Shown here: one piece after another, positions 38,497-47,342 of the stretch | Position numbering within the stretch: position 1 is the first letter of the stretch | Layout of the letters: every line of letters begins with the position of its first letter | Origin: an uncultured Shimia sp. | Lineage (GTDB): Bacteria; Pseudomonadota; Alphaproteobacteria; Rhodobacterales; Rhodobacteraceae | DNA length: 64,000 bases | Reading direction: 5' to 3' | Assembly (NCBI RefSeq): GCF_913054185.1 | Contig: NZ_CAJXIV010000005.1 | Location: forward strand, 7,253 to 71,252 | Notes under the pieces: model-generated | Databases searched by the model: none | Told to the model about the DNA's origin: nothing | What the model saw: only the letters and a program-made list of their open reading frames with translations | Made by a program: the position numbers and the translations under genes

Positions 38497-40025
38497 GCAT
38501 TTTCCTCCTGCGCCATCAACTCCAGCGGCGCAGGCGCCACCGTCAAATCACTCACGTCCAGCGGCCCAGTCGGTTTTGCCAGCCGGTTGCGCACCACCCA
38601 ATGCAGCCGCTCACTTGCCCGCGTGATCGCGACATAGGCCAAGCGCTTCCACAGCGGCTGCCCTGCTTCATTGCGATTCATCCGCGCTGCCACAAACAGG
38701 TCCGGCGCAAAAACCTGCACATTTTCCCATTGGGACCCCTGCGCCTTGTGAATGGTCACCGCCGCCCCATGCAGGAACGTCGCCCCCATGCGCGCGGCAT
38801 AGGGAATAAACGGCTCTTCTTCATCCGGCATTTCGATCTTCACAATTGAGGCCGCTGACACACGCGGATCTTCCGCGCCCATCACATGCAATCGCGAAAA
38901 TCCAGGCTTGCGCCCTGGCCCCAAGTAAATCACCTGCGCGCCTTTGATCAGCCCCCGCGCTTCCAGATCCAACCGCTTCTTGCGGTGCTTCATTGGCAGC
39001 TCAATCCCGTCACAGATCAGCGGCTCCCCTTCCATCAACGCATCTTCGGGCGCGCCGTGCACCTGTCGAAACGCGTTGATCAGCCGGATACGGGTTGCAT
39101 TGCGCCACACCAGTACCGGCGAGCGTGCCATCAAATCAACTTCCACCCGCTGCGCCAGAACCACACGATCATCTTTCCGCGCGGCGTCTTCGATCATGCT
39201 CTCAAAGTGGTGAAATTCCAGCTGCGGATCGGCCAGCGCATGCGCCAAATCCAAAATCGGATTGTCCGCGTCCTGCCGATGAATACGCTCAAGATTGTAG
39301 ACCGCAGGCGCCGGCAATTTGTCAAACACCATCGCACCCGACTGGTTCACAGGCGCCAATTGGGCCGGATCGCCAAACAGCACCAACGTGCTGAAAATCT
39401 CTTTCAAATCATCAAACTGCTTGTCATCCAGCATCGAGCTTTCGTCGATAAACCCGATGTCCAGCGGATCATCCCGCCGTTTCCAACCGGTGATAAAATC
39501 ACTGCCCCGTAACCCCGCCGCCGCCATTGCGCCGGGAATAGATTTGTGCAGCTGATAAAACGCATGAGCCCGATCCAAGGCTTCGTCCGTCAACCCTTCG
39601 ATCTCCGGCCGGTCACCCTTGTCTGCCAGCCACTCTGCGATCTTTTCATATTCAGGGTCATAAACCGGCGTGTAGATAATCCGGTGAATGGTGGTCGCAG
39701 GCACGCCGCGCATCCGCAAAACACTCGCCGCCTTGTTGGTGGGCGCCAAAATCGCCAGCGTGCGGTGATCTTTCTTGCGCTTGCCCTCATAGTCGCCGGA
39801 GACAATGTCCACACCCGCGCCTTCAAGCGCCTTTACCATCTCCGCCAAAAGCAACGTTTTGCCCGACCCAGCCTTGCCGGTGACGGCGGCAATCGCCTGC
39901 TTGCCTTCGATTGCAGGGGTCAACAGGCCCTCGTCCAAATCCACCCCCAGCCCTTTGAGCAAGGAGGAGATATTGTCAAAGGCCTCGGCCTGATCATGGC
40001 TGAATGTAACGGATGTGCTGCTCAT
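38493..40025 (-). CDS. Superfamily-1 (RecD2/Dda-like) ATP-dependent helicase
   Basis: TGKAGSGKT, LAPTNKAA, IDESSM, GDPAQLAPV, RIHRQ, TIHKAQGSQW, YVAITRA. Confidence 0.87.
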   Translation of the reverse strand: MSSTSVTFSHDQAEAFDNISSLLKGLGVDLDEGLLTPAIEGKQAIAAVTGKAGSGKTLLLAEMVKALEGAGVDIVSGDYEGKRKKDHRTLAILAPTNKAASVLRMRGVPATTIHRIIYTPVYDPEYEKIAEWLADKGDRPEIEGLTDEALDRAHAFYQLHKSIPGAMAAAGLRGSDFITGWKRRDDPLDIGFIDESSMLDDKQFDDLKEIFSTLVLFGDPAQLAPVNQSGAMVFDKLPAPAVYNLERIHRQDADNPILDLAHALADPQLEFHHFESMIEDAARKDDRVVLAQRVEVDLMARSPVLVWRNATRIRLINAFRQVHGAPEDALMEGEPLICDGIELPMKHRKKRLDLEARGLIKGAQVIYLGPGRKPGFSRLHVMGAEDPRVSAASIVKIEMPDEEEPFIPYAARMGATFLHGAAVTIHKAQGSQWENVQVFAPDLFVAARMNRNEAGQPLWKRLAYVAITRASERLHWVVRNRLAKPTGPLDVSDLTVAPAPLELMAQEENA

Positions 40026-40183
40026 GGCGCGACCCTACAGGGGGCCGCGATTGGGGGCCAGCCGGTTTGTATCGTAGCGCGACTATTGCGAATACCCCAC
40101 AGGTCGCGGCTGTACGTGAGATCGCCTAAAAATTGCTATCGCTGGGAAAATTTCGCGTTAAATAAAGTTCAAGGAGTTACTTC

Positions 40184-40879
40184 ATGTCTCAAACCGATTT
40201 CTCATCGCGCATTGACCGTATCAAAGCAAACGCCCCAGAGAGGCCGCAAGATGATACCTCCTTCATGTATAAGCCACGTAGGACCGACATCGTCGGCTTA
40301 GGCCTATACGTGAGTTGCCTGGCTCCTCTGTTGTTCGCCATTGCGAACAGGCTCGATACCATCTTCGATCTGGAAAACACAACGTCCCAAAACATCGCAG
40401 AGGTCACTCTCTCCAGCTTTTCAACCGCCGTTTTGATTTTTCTCCCGATCGCATCCATTTTCACGGTAATCGAAGCCTATGTAATTTATCGGGCATCCAA
40501 GAGGAAACTCAAACCAAGCGAGATGTCTCCAGAAAACATCGCTCGCCGTATAGACCGCAGAAAATACTCCGATCGCACCGTTGGCTTGCTCCTGGGCATC
40601 GCGTCGGTCTCATACTACGGGTTGTCACAGAGGGCCGCCGAGTTTGACACAAACATTCTACAGTACTTCGCGAAGTACTGTACCCTATTGGTTTTCTGCC
40701 AACTGTTCGCGGCGATACAAAGGCCCACAGCCATTTTGCTTCAACAACGCAGGTTGGCCTGGCGCACCCCCTTGTTCTTTACGATTGGCGCAACGTTAAC
40801 GTATTCAGCCTTCCATTTTTCTATTCTCAGCTTTTCAGACATGGACAGCATAGCTCTGAGAATACAAAGCGCTTTCTAG
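40184..40879 (+). CDS. Hypothetical polytopic membrane protein
   Basis: AAGGAG RBS; about five hydrophobic segments; no recognisable family; codon usage looks less GC-biased than neighbours. Confidence 0.6.
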   Translation: MSQTDFSSRIDRIKANAPERPQDDTSFMYKPRRTDIVGLGLYVSCLAPLLFAIANRLDTIFDLENTTSQNIAEVTLSSFSTAVLIFLPIASIFTVIEAYVIYRASKRKLKPSEMSPENIARRIDRRKYSDRTVGLLLGIASVSYYGLSQRAAEFDTNILQYFAKYCTLLVFCQLFAAIQRPTAILLQQRRLAWRTPLFFTIGATLTYSAFHFSILSFSDMDSIALRIQSAF

Positions 40880-40956
40880 TCTAGCAGCGCCACGGACGGC
40901 AGTAGAAAGACCAAACAAGGTCAATCCGGCAATGCCATTATAAAGTTAAGTCCCCA

Positions 40957-41027
40957 AACAAAAGCCCCCCGAAACCAAACGGCTCCGGGGGCTGCAGAAG
41001 AAAACAGGGGAAACCGTTTGACCAATC
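40957..41027 (-). repeat. Copy 1 of ~72-nt structured element (sRNA/terminator-like)
   Basis: About 90% identical to 42085-42156, with exact 24-nt and 17-nt blocks. Confidence 0.9.
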
Positions 41028-41101
41028 TCCGACGTTTTCTTCCCCGCTTAAGACGGCTGATCAGACGTAGGTTTCATGAAGCGCCTCAGCTGGTCGGAAC
41101 C

Positions 41102-42001
41102 TCAAAATGAATACATCCGCGTTCCAACCTCAACCGCTTCCCCCGCGATCTGCACCTTCAGTTTGCCGCCCTCACGGGAGACAGTGACATAAACAGTTCC
41201 CGGCAAGCCCAGCGCTACGCCCTGATGCCCCGGATAGGTGCAGCTGCGGTCACAATCGATCAAATCGTGATGCACAAGATACGCGCCCGTTGGTCCGTTT
41301 GCATTGCCCGTAACAGGATCCTCGTCGATACCAATCGCAGGCGCAAACATACGCCCATAGGTGACCGGGTTGGCGCGCGATCCCTCCAATACGAATGGGA
41401 AAAATCCATTACATCCAATGTCGCCACTGAGGGCGGCAAGCTGCGGCATATCTGGTTTCAACCCATCAAGCACCTTGCGCTCACGCAGGGGTATGATGAC
41501 TTTGGAGTGCCCGGTTGAGACAATCTGCACCGGCAGATCCATAAGATCGTCCGACATTATTCCGAGAGCTTTGACCAGACGGTTTTGCTCTATCGCCCCA
41601 AATGGGGTCATAAATTCTGGCACCCCCTGTGTCATCGACACGCGCAACGCACCGTCACCATGCAATTGGCTCAGTTCAACCGGCAGCAAGCCCGCGCCCG
41701 TTTTGGCAACCATTGGGTATTGCCCAGCGTGTCCTCGCACAGCTCGTAGAAAGTGTGTCGCTATCGTCGCGTGGCCGCAAATCGGCACTTCGCGGGTAGG
41801 CGTAAAGTATCTAACATGCACATCATGATCCCGCGCATCTGCGGGAAGAACAAACGCCGTTTCCGAGTATCCTGCAAACGCTGCGATGGCTTGCATCTGC
41901 TGGCTATCCAATCCCGCAGCATCCAGCACAACGCCCGCGCGGTTGCCGCTGTTTGGCGTTCGCGTAAATGCGTCGATGACAAAAACCTCTACAGAGCTCA
42001 C
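41102..42001 (-). CDS. PhzF/YddE-family isomerase
   Basis: DAFT..PNSGNRAGVV, YSETAF, YFTPTREVPICGHATIA, EDPVTGNANG; GTG start. Confidence 0.9.
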   Translation of the reverse strand: MSSVEVFVIDAFTRTPNSGNRAGVVLDAAGLDSQQMQAIAAFAGYSETAFVLPADARDHDVHVRYFTPTREVPICGHATIATHFLRAVRGHAGQYPMVAKTGAGLLPVELSQLHGDGALRVSMTQGVPEFMTPFGAIEQNRLVKALGIMSDDLMDLPVQIVSTGHSKVIIPLRERKVLDGLKPDMPQLAALSGDIGCNGFFPFVLEGSRANPVTYGRMFAPAIGIDEDPVTGNANGPTGAYLVHHDLIDCDRSCTYPGHQGVALGLPGTVYVTVSREGGKLKVQIAGEAVEVGTRMYSF

Positions 42002-42084
42002 GTGGCTGCCTCTCTTCTAAGAACAATTCCCAGAGATCGCAGCATGCAACTCACAGCTGAATAGAACAAGAGGCCACCCCCACC

Positions 42085-42156
42085 AACAAAAAGACCCCCG
42101 AAACCAAACGGCTCCGGGGGCTGAGGAGGGAAACGGGGGAAACCGTTTGACCAATC
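42085..42156 (-). ncRNA. Copy 2: ccr 3'-UTR element, candidate small RNA with intrinsic terminator
   Basis: Starts 8 nt after ccr stop; minus strand AAACGG-UUUCCC-CCGUUU hairpin, CCCUCCUC linker, 12-bp terminator and U tail. Confidence 0.5.
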
Positions 42157-42164
42157 CGTACGCG

Positions 42165-43451
42165 TTACTTGCTTGCGTCGATCACATCTTCCAGCGTGCG
42201 CAGGCCGGTCTTTGGTGCCTGCACCAGCACCGACATGTTGCCCGGCTTGTGCTCGTTACGCAGCATTTTCATGTGTGCATCCGGCAGCTCGGCCCATGGG
42301 AACACTTCTGACATGCATGGATCAAGACGACGCTCTACCATCAACTGGTTTGCAGATGCGGCCTGCTTCAAGTGGGCAAAGTGGGACCCCTGCAAGCGTT
42401 TCTGGTGCATCCACATGTAGCGCACGTCAAAGGTACAGTTGAAGCCAGAGGTGCCGGCACAGATCACAACCATGCCGCCCTTTTTCACCACAAGCGTGGA
42501 CACCGGGAAGGTCGCCTGACCGGGGTGTTCAAACACCATGTCCACGTTTACGCCTTTGCCGGTGATCTCCCAGATCGCCTTGCCAAACTTGCGCGCTTCT
42601 TTCAGCCAGTCATTGTATTCCGGCGTGTTCACAGTCGGCAATTGACCCCAGCAGTTGAAGTCATTCCGGTTGATCACGCCTTTGGCGCCCAGATTCATCA
42701 CAAAATCACGCTTGCTCTCATCCGAGATCACGCCAATCGCGTTGGCACCGGCAGTGTTGATCAGCTGGATCGCATAAGAGCCCAATCCACCAGACGCGCC
42801 CCACACCAGAACGTTCTGGCCCGGCTTCAGATCATGTGGCTCGTGACCAAACAGCATCCGGTAGGCGGTTGCCAATGTCAGCGTGTAACAGGCGCTCTCT
42901 TCCCAGGTCAGGTGCTTGGGACGTGGCATCAATTGCTGCGCCTGTACGCGGGTAAACTGAGAAAACGATCCGTCAGGGGTCTCATAGCCCCAGATGCGCT
43001 GGCTGTCGGAGAACATCGGGTCGCCGCCGTTGCAGTGCTCGTCGTCGCCGTCATCCTGGTTGCAGTGGATCACAACTTCGTCGCCCACTTTCCAGCGCTT
43101 CACCTTGTCGCCAATAGCCCAAACGATGCCCGCCGCATCAGAACCGGCAATGTGGTATGGCTGCTTGTGCACGTCAAACATGGACACCGGCACGCCGAGG
43201 CCAGCCCAAACGCCGTTGTAGTTCACACCGGCGGCCATCACCAGAACCAGAACCTCATGGCTGTCGAGCGTTGGCACATCCACAACTTCTTGCAGCATCG
43301 CCTTGTCCGGCTCGCCCTGACGCTCGCGGCGGATCGCCCACGCGTACATCTGCTTGGGCACATAGCCCATCGGGGGCATTTCACCCACTTCATAAAGATC
43401 TTTTTGTGGTGCGTCGTAAGTCGCAAGGCCGTTTTCGGTATCCAGAGCCAT
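42165..43451 (-). CDS. ccr: Crotonyl-CoA carboxylase/reductase
   Basis: MYAWAIRRER, VMAAGVNYNGVWA, HIAGSD, IWGYETPDGSF, YTLTLATAYRML, WMHQKRLQGSHFA; AGGAGG RBS before ATG 43451. Confidence 0.97.
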   Translation of the reverse strand: MALDTENGLATYDAPQKDLYEVGEMPPMGYVPKQMYAWAIRRERQGEPDKAMLQEVVDVPTLDSHEVLVLVMAAGVNYNGVWAGLGVPVSMFDVHKQPYHIAGSDAAGIVWAIGDKVKRWKVGDEVVIHCNQDDGDDEHCNGGDPMFSDSQRIWGYETPDGSFSQFTRVQAQQLMPRPKHLTWEESACYTLTLATAYRMLFGHEPHDLKPGQNVLVWGASGGLGSYAIQLINTAGANAIGVISDESKRDFVMNLGAKGVINRNDFNCWGQLPTVNTPEYNDWLKEARKFGKAIWEITGKGVNVDMVFEHPGQATFPVSTLVVKKGGMVVICAGTSGFNCTFDVRYMWMHQKRLQGSHFAHLKQAASANQLMVERRLDPCMSEVFPWAELPDAHMKMLRNEHKPGNMSVLVQAPKTGLRTLEDVIDASK

Positions 43452-43471
43452 TTTCGCCTCCTGATTGGTCG

Positions 43472-43487
43472 TTTCGCCGCGATGCAG
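43472..43487. promoter_or_regulatory. Candidate operator upstream of ccr (PhaR-like)
   Basis: TTTCGCCGCGATGCAG, 15/16 identical to 45046-45061. Confidence 0.5.
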
Positions 43488-43569
43488 AATCGCGTTCCTG
43501 CCACCGTGATATTGATGGAGGGGTAACATTGCAACCTTCTTGGGTCCAATTTTGTAATTTAATAACCCA

Positions 43570-43598
43570 GCAGGCGCAGCATGAATTGCTGCACCTGC
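43570..43598. other. Inverted repeat between acyltransferase and ccr
   Basis: GCAGG-C-GCAGC-N7-GCTGC-A-CCTGC; terminator-like or TGC-rich operator. Confidence 0.4.
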
Positions 43599-43602
43599 AC
43601 AC

Positions 43603-44961
43603 TCACGCCACCAAATGCCTTATGGAGTTGGCGTAAAACCGCAAAATCTCAGCTTGATCTGCGTTGACCCCAAAGGCTCCGTTGCGTTCTGTCAGCACGC
43701 GCCGGCCCACCAGTGTTTTTAACGCGCTCTCAATCGCCTCATCCGGCGCATCCCGCATAAACTGGGCCCGGCCCTCTGGCAGCGCGGCCAATCGCGCCGC
43801 AAAGGCAGCGCCCACCTCTTCTCGTGTCATCGGCCCCTGCGCAGCTTCAAAAACAACCGACATCAACGGCACCGGCAAAATCGGAACAACCGCATTGATC
43901 TGCCTCATCAGCTGCACACCCAACGGCTTGGCCAGGTCACCCTGCACATCTTTGGAAAATGCGGTCATCGAAACCGGCTCGCCAAACCGCACCGTGGCAT
44001 TGCCAAACCGATGCACCTTGCCGCGCAGTCGCAACAACAACTGCTTGAAGAAAAACCCAACGATCACAGAAATGCGCGCGTGAAACCCCTTTCCACCCTG
44101 CGCCGCGGACTCCAACAGAATGCGATCTTCCAACACACGGTCGTAATTGATCGCCACCGGCACAAAGACCACATCACGCCCGTCTGGCTGATAAGCGTCA
44201 GTGATGTATTTGATCAGCCCCAGCTTCGGATCCTGCGGCGCCCCGTCTAGCGACAGACGCCCTTCTGGGAACATCGCCTGCGCCACACCCGCCTCAGTTG
44301 CCAATCGCACGTAAGCCGCCAGCACCCTGCGATAGAGATCGTTGCGCGACTTGCGCCGGATAAAATAGGCCCCCATCGCGCGGATCAACCGGCTGAGCGG
44401 CCACACCCGCGCCCATTCACCCACAGCATAAGACAGCGCAGAGCGCCGCGCCGCCAAATAGGTCACCAACACGTAATCCATGTTGCTCTTGTGATTGATC
44501 ACATAAACAACCGTGCTGTCCTGCGGGATTGCGTCTAGCGCGGCCTCATCCACATGTGTCAGCCGCACGCGGAAAAATGCCCGGCTCAAAAACCGCGCAA
44601 TGCGAATGGCCACGCTAAAATACATCGTCGCAGAAAACGACGGCACAATCTCCCCGGCATACCGTTTGGCCGTCTCAAAAGCGACCGCCTCGGGAATACC
44701 CTCCTCCGCTGCGTGTTCAGAAACCGCCCGCGTCACATCCGGCTGATAAATCAGCCGCTGGATCATATCGTGACGTTGCGCCAGCTTGAACGGTTCAATG
44801 GGTCGCTCCAACCGGTCGTTCACCTGCGCAACCACCCGCTCCATCCGCCGCCGGAAAAACCACCGCACCGAGGGGAACAGCAAATGACTGGCCGCTGTGA
44901 TCACCGCAAACAGCAGGATCAGTACAAACAGCCAGAGAGGGAGCTCAATTGTCGACGTCAT
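43603..44961 (-). CDS. Glycerol-3-phosphate acyltransferase family protein (PlsB/PlsC-like)
   Basis: N-terminal TM, NHKSNMDY (HxxxxD), GAYFIRR, FPEGRLS, VPVAINYD. Start at ATG 44961. Confidence 0.85.
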   Translation of the reverse strand: MTSTIELPLWLFVLILLFAVITAASHLLFPSVRWFFRRRMERVVAQVNDRLERPIEPFKLAQRHDMIQRLIYQPDVTRAVSEHAAEEGIPEAVAFETAKRYAGEIVPSFSATMYFSVAIRIARFLSRAFFRVRLTHVDEAALDAIPQDSTVVYVINHKSNMDYVLVTYLAARRSALSYAVGEWARVWPLSRLIRAMGAYFIRRKSRNDLYRRVLAAYVRLATEAGVAQAMFPEGRLSLDGAPQDPKLGLIKYITDAYQPDGRDVVFVPVAINYDRVLEDRILLESAAQGGKGFHARISVIVGFFFKQLLLRLRGKVHRFGNATVRFGEPVSMTAFSKDVQGDLAKPLGVQLMRQINAVVPILPVPLMSVVFEAAQGPMTREEVGAAFAARLAALPEGRAQFMRDAPDEAIESALKTLVGRRVLTERNGAFGVNADQAEILRFYANSIRHLVA

Positions 44962-45045
44962 GGTAAAACTCTGACAACAGCTTGCGCCAAGGACAATAGA
45001 CTTCGCACAACTCTGTCCTGATGTGCCCTGACGGTGACGACGGGC

Positions 45046-45061
45046 TTTCGCCGCAATGCAG
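45046..45061. promoter_or_regulatory. Candidate operator upstream of ecm (PhaR-like), next to a TTGACT -35
   Basis: TTTCGCCGCAATGCAG followed by TTGACT at 45066 and a TACAT -10-like element. Confidence 0.5.
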
Positions 45062-45153
45062 CGAATTGACTTGCAAACGATGTTTCGCGTACATACCCTC
45101 AAACGAAAGATTGTTGCTAGGTCGCTTCGAGACCCCCAGCAGAGGACAGAAGT

Positions 45154-47148
45154 ATGTCGCAGACGCAGAAAAATCAGACCACTGACAAGCCAACCAAGGA
45201 TCGTCCGTGGTTGATTCGTACCTACGCTGGCCATTCCACCGCAAAAGCCTCAAACGCGCTCTACCGCTCCAATTTGGAAAAAGGCCAAACCGGCCTCTCT
45301 GTCGCCTTCGACCTGCCGACTCAGACCGGCTATGACAGCGACCACATTCTTGCACGCGGCGAAGTGGGCAAAGTGGGCGTTCCCGTCAGTCACCTCGGCG
45401 ACATGCGCACCCTGTTTGATCAGATCCCGCTAGAGCAGATGAACACCTCCATGACAATCAACGCCACCGCCCCGTGGCTCTTGGCGCTTTATATCGCCAC
45501 CGCGGAGGAGCAAGGCGCCGATGTCACCAAGCTGCAAGGCACGGTGCAAAACGACCTGATCAAAGAATACCTGTCACGCGGCACCTATATCTGCCCGCCG
45601 GAACCCAGCCTGAAGATGATCGCGGACGTGGCGGAGTACTGCTACACCAATGTGCCCAAGTGGAACCCAATGAACGTCTGTTCCTACCACCTGCAGGAGG
45701 CCGGTGCGACACCGGAGCAGGAGCTGGCCTTTGCGCTGGCCACCGCCATTGCCGTGCTCGACGCGCTGAAACCCCGCGTGCCTGCACAAGATTTCCCAGC
45801 CCTCGCCGGCCGCATCTCTTTCTTTGTGAACGCGGGCATCCGCTTTGTCACCGAGATGTGCAAGATGCGCGCCTTTGTGGATCTCTGGGACGAAATTCTT
45901 GTTGAGCGGTATGGCGTGACCGATCCCAAATTCCGCCGCTTCCGCTATGGCGTTCAGGTCAACTCGCTAGGCCTCACCGAGCAGCAGCCAGAGAATAACG
46001 TCTATCGAATTCTGATCGAAATGCTCGCTGTAACTCTGTCCAAAAAGGCCCGCGCCCGCGCGGTGCAATTGCCTGCTTGGAACGAAGCGCTTGGTTTGCC
46101 ACGCCCCTGGGATCAGCAATGGTCCATGCGCATGCAGCAAATCATGGCGTTTGAAACCGACCTTTTGGAATACGACGACCTGTTTGACGGAAACCCTGCG
46201 GTCGATGCCAAAGTGGAAGAGTTAAAAGACGGCGCGCGTCGCGAGTTGGCCAATTTGGGAAGCATGGGCGGTGCTATTGGCGCGATTGACTATATGAAAT
46301 CTCGTCTTGTCGACAGCAACGCCGAGCGCCTGAACCGCATCGAGGCGGGTGAGACTATTGTTGTGGGCGTGAACAAGTTCCAAAAGGGCGAAGCCTCTCC
46401 ATTGATGACCGGAGATGGCGGCATCATGGTGGTGGATCCTGCCGTGGAGCAGGAACAGATCACCCGCCTCAACGACTGGCGCAGCCAACGCAACAACGCC
46501 GCCGTGGAAAAAGCTCTGGCCGACCTGCGCGCCGCTGCTGCTGATGGCAAAAACGTCATGCCCGCGTCAATTGCCGCGGCCAAAGCGGGCGTCACCACCG
46601 GTGAATGGGCCGCACAGATGCGTGTGGTGCACGGTGAATACCGGGGCCCAACCGGTGTCTCTGGCGCCCCATCTAACAAAACCGAAGGTCTGGACGAATT
46701 ACGGGACGCGGTAAACACTGTCTCTGACAAACTTGGGCGCCGCCTGAAATTTGTCATTGGTAAACCGGGACTTGACGGCCACTCTAACGGTGCAGAGCAA
46801 ATAGCCTTCCGCGCCCGAGATTGCGGTATGGACATCACCTACGATGGCATTCGCCTCACCCCAGAAGAAATCGTCGCCAAGGCCATTGAAGACGACGCCC
46901 ATGTGGTTGGCCTGTCGATCCTGTCAGGGTCGCACATTCCACTGGTCGAAGACCTAATGCAGCGCATGCGCGATGTTGGCTTGGGCGACACCCCCGTCAT
47001 TGTTGGTGGCATCATTCCGGACGAAGATGCCGAGCGTCTGCGTGCCATGGGTGTATCCCGCGTCTATACGCCAAAAGACTTTGAGCTCAACACCATCATG
47101 GGGGACATCGTCACCTTGGCGAATCCCGCCTCTGTGGCCGCGCAATAG
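45154..47148 (+). CDS. ecm: Ethylmalonyl-CoA mutase (MeaA), B12-dependent
   Basis: PWLIRTYAGHS, GQTGLSVAFDLPTQTGYDSD, SYHLQEAG, QLPAWNEALGLP, GKPGLDGHSNG; clustered with ccr. Confidence 0.96.
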   Translation: MSQTQKNQTTDKPTKDRPWLIRTYAGHSTAKASNALYRSNLEKGQTGLSVAFDLPTQTGYDSDHILARGEVGKVGVPVSHLGDMRTLFDQIPLEQMNTSMTINATAPWLLALYIATAEEQGADVTKLQGTVQNDLIKEYLSRGTYICPPEPSLKMIADVAEYCYTNVPKWNPMNVCSYHLQEAGATPEQELAFALATAIAVLDALKPRVPAQDFPALAGRISFFVNAGIRFVTEMCKMRAFVDLWDEILVERYGVTDPKFRRFRYGVQVNSLGLTEQQPENNVYRILIEMLAVTLSKKARARAVQLPAWNEALGLPRPWDQQWSMRMQQIMAFETDLLEYDDLFDGNPAVDAKVEELKDGARRELANLGSMGGAIGAIDYMKSRLVDSNAERLNRIEAGETIVVGVNKFQKGEASPLMTGDGGIMVVDPAVEQEQITRLNDWRSQRNNAAVEKALADLRAAAADGKNVMPASIAAAKAGVTTGEWAAQMRVVHGEYRGPTGVSGAPSNKTEGLDELRDAVNTVSDKLGRRLKFVIGKPGLDGHSNGAEQIAFRARDCGMDITYDGIRLTPEEIVAKAIEDDAHVVGLSILSGSHIPLVEDLMQRMRDVGLGDTPVIVGGIIPDEDAERLRAMGVSRVYTPKDFELNTIMGDIVTLANPASVAAQ

Positions 47149-47205
47149 CGCGGCCCGACCGCCCTCGAATAAGTCTCAATTCTTTCGAATAGCGCAGATG
47201 GAACG

Positions 47206-47223
47206 GGTAGGGAAAACCCTACC
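47206..47223. other. Perfect hairpin between ecm and hns
   Basis: GGTAGGG-AAAA-CCCTACC. Confidence 0.4.
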
Positions 47224-47342
47224 ATCAATTTCAGGTTGCAAAACCTCCTAAACATCTCCCAAAAATAGTCTTCCGGCTTGCAAATCCGCCAAATCCGCTG
47301 CGATTATCCTTCCTGGACGTAATAGACGAGTGGACACTCCAA

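Noticed and set aside
40158-40172. TTAA-N7-TCAA as a CtrA site (also TTAACCAT at 1147)
   Set aside because: Single weak matches in AT-rich intergenic DNA with no supporting gene context.
41028-41101. Possible remnant of the ccr 3' end ahead of repeat copy 1
   Set aside because: Translation (GSDQLRRFMKPTSDQPS) and nucleotide sequence do not align with the ccr C-terminus.
41102-42001. Phenazine biosynthesis
   Set aside because: No phzA/B/D/E/G nearby; lone PhzF-family genes are common.
40957-42156. CRISPR or IS interpretation of the direct repeat
   Set aside because: Only two copies about 1.06 kb apart, no spacer periodicity, no cas, transposase or terminal inverted repeats.
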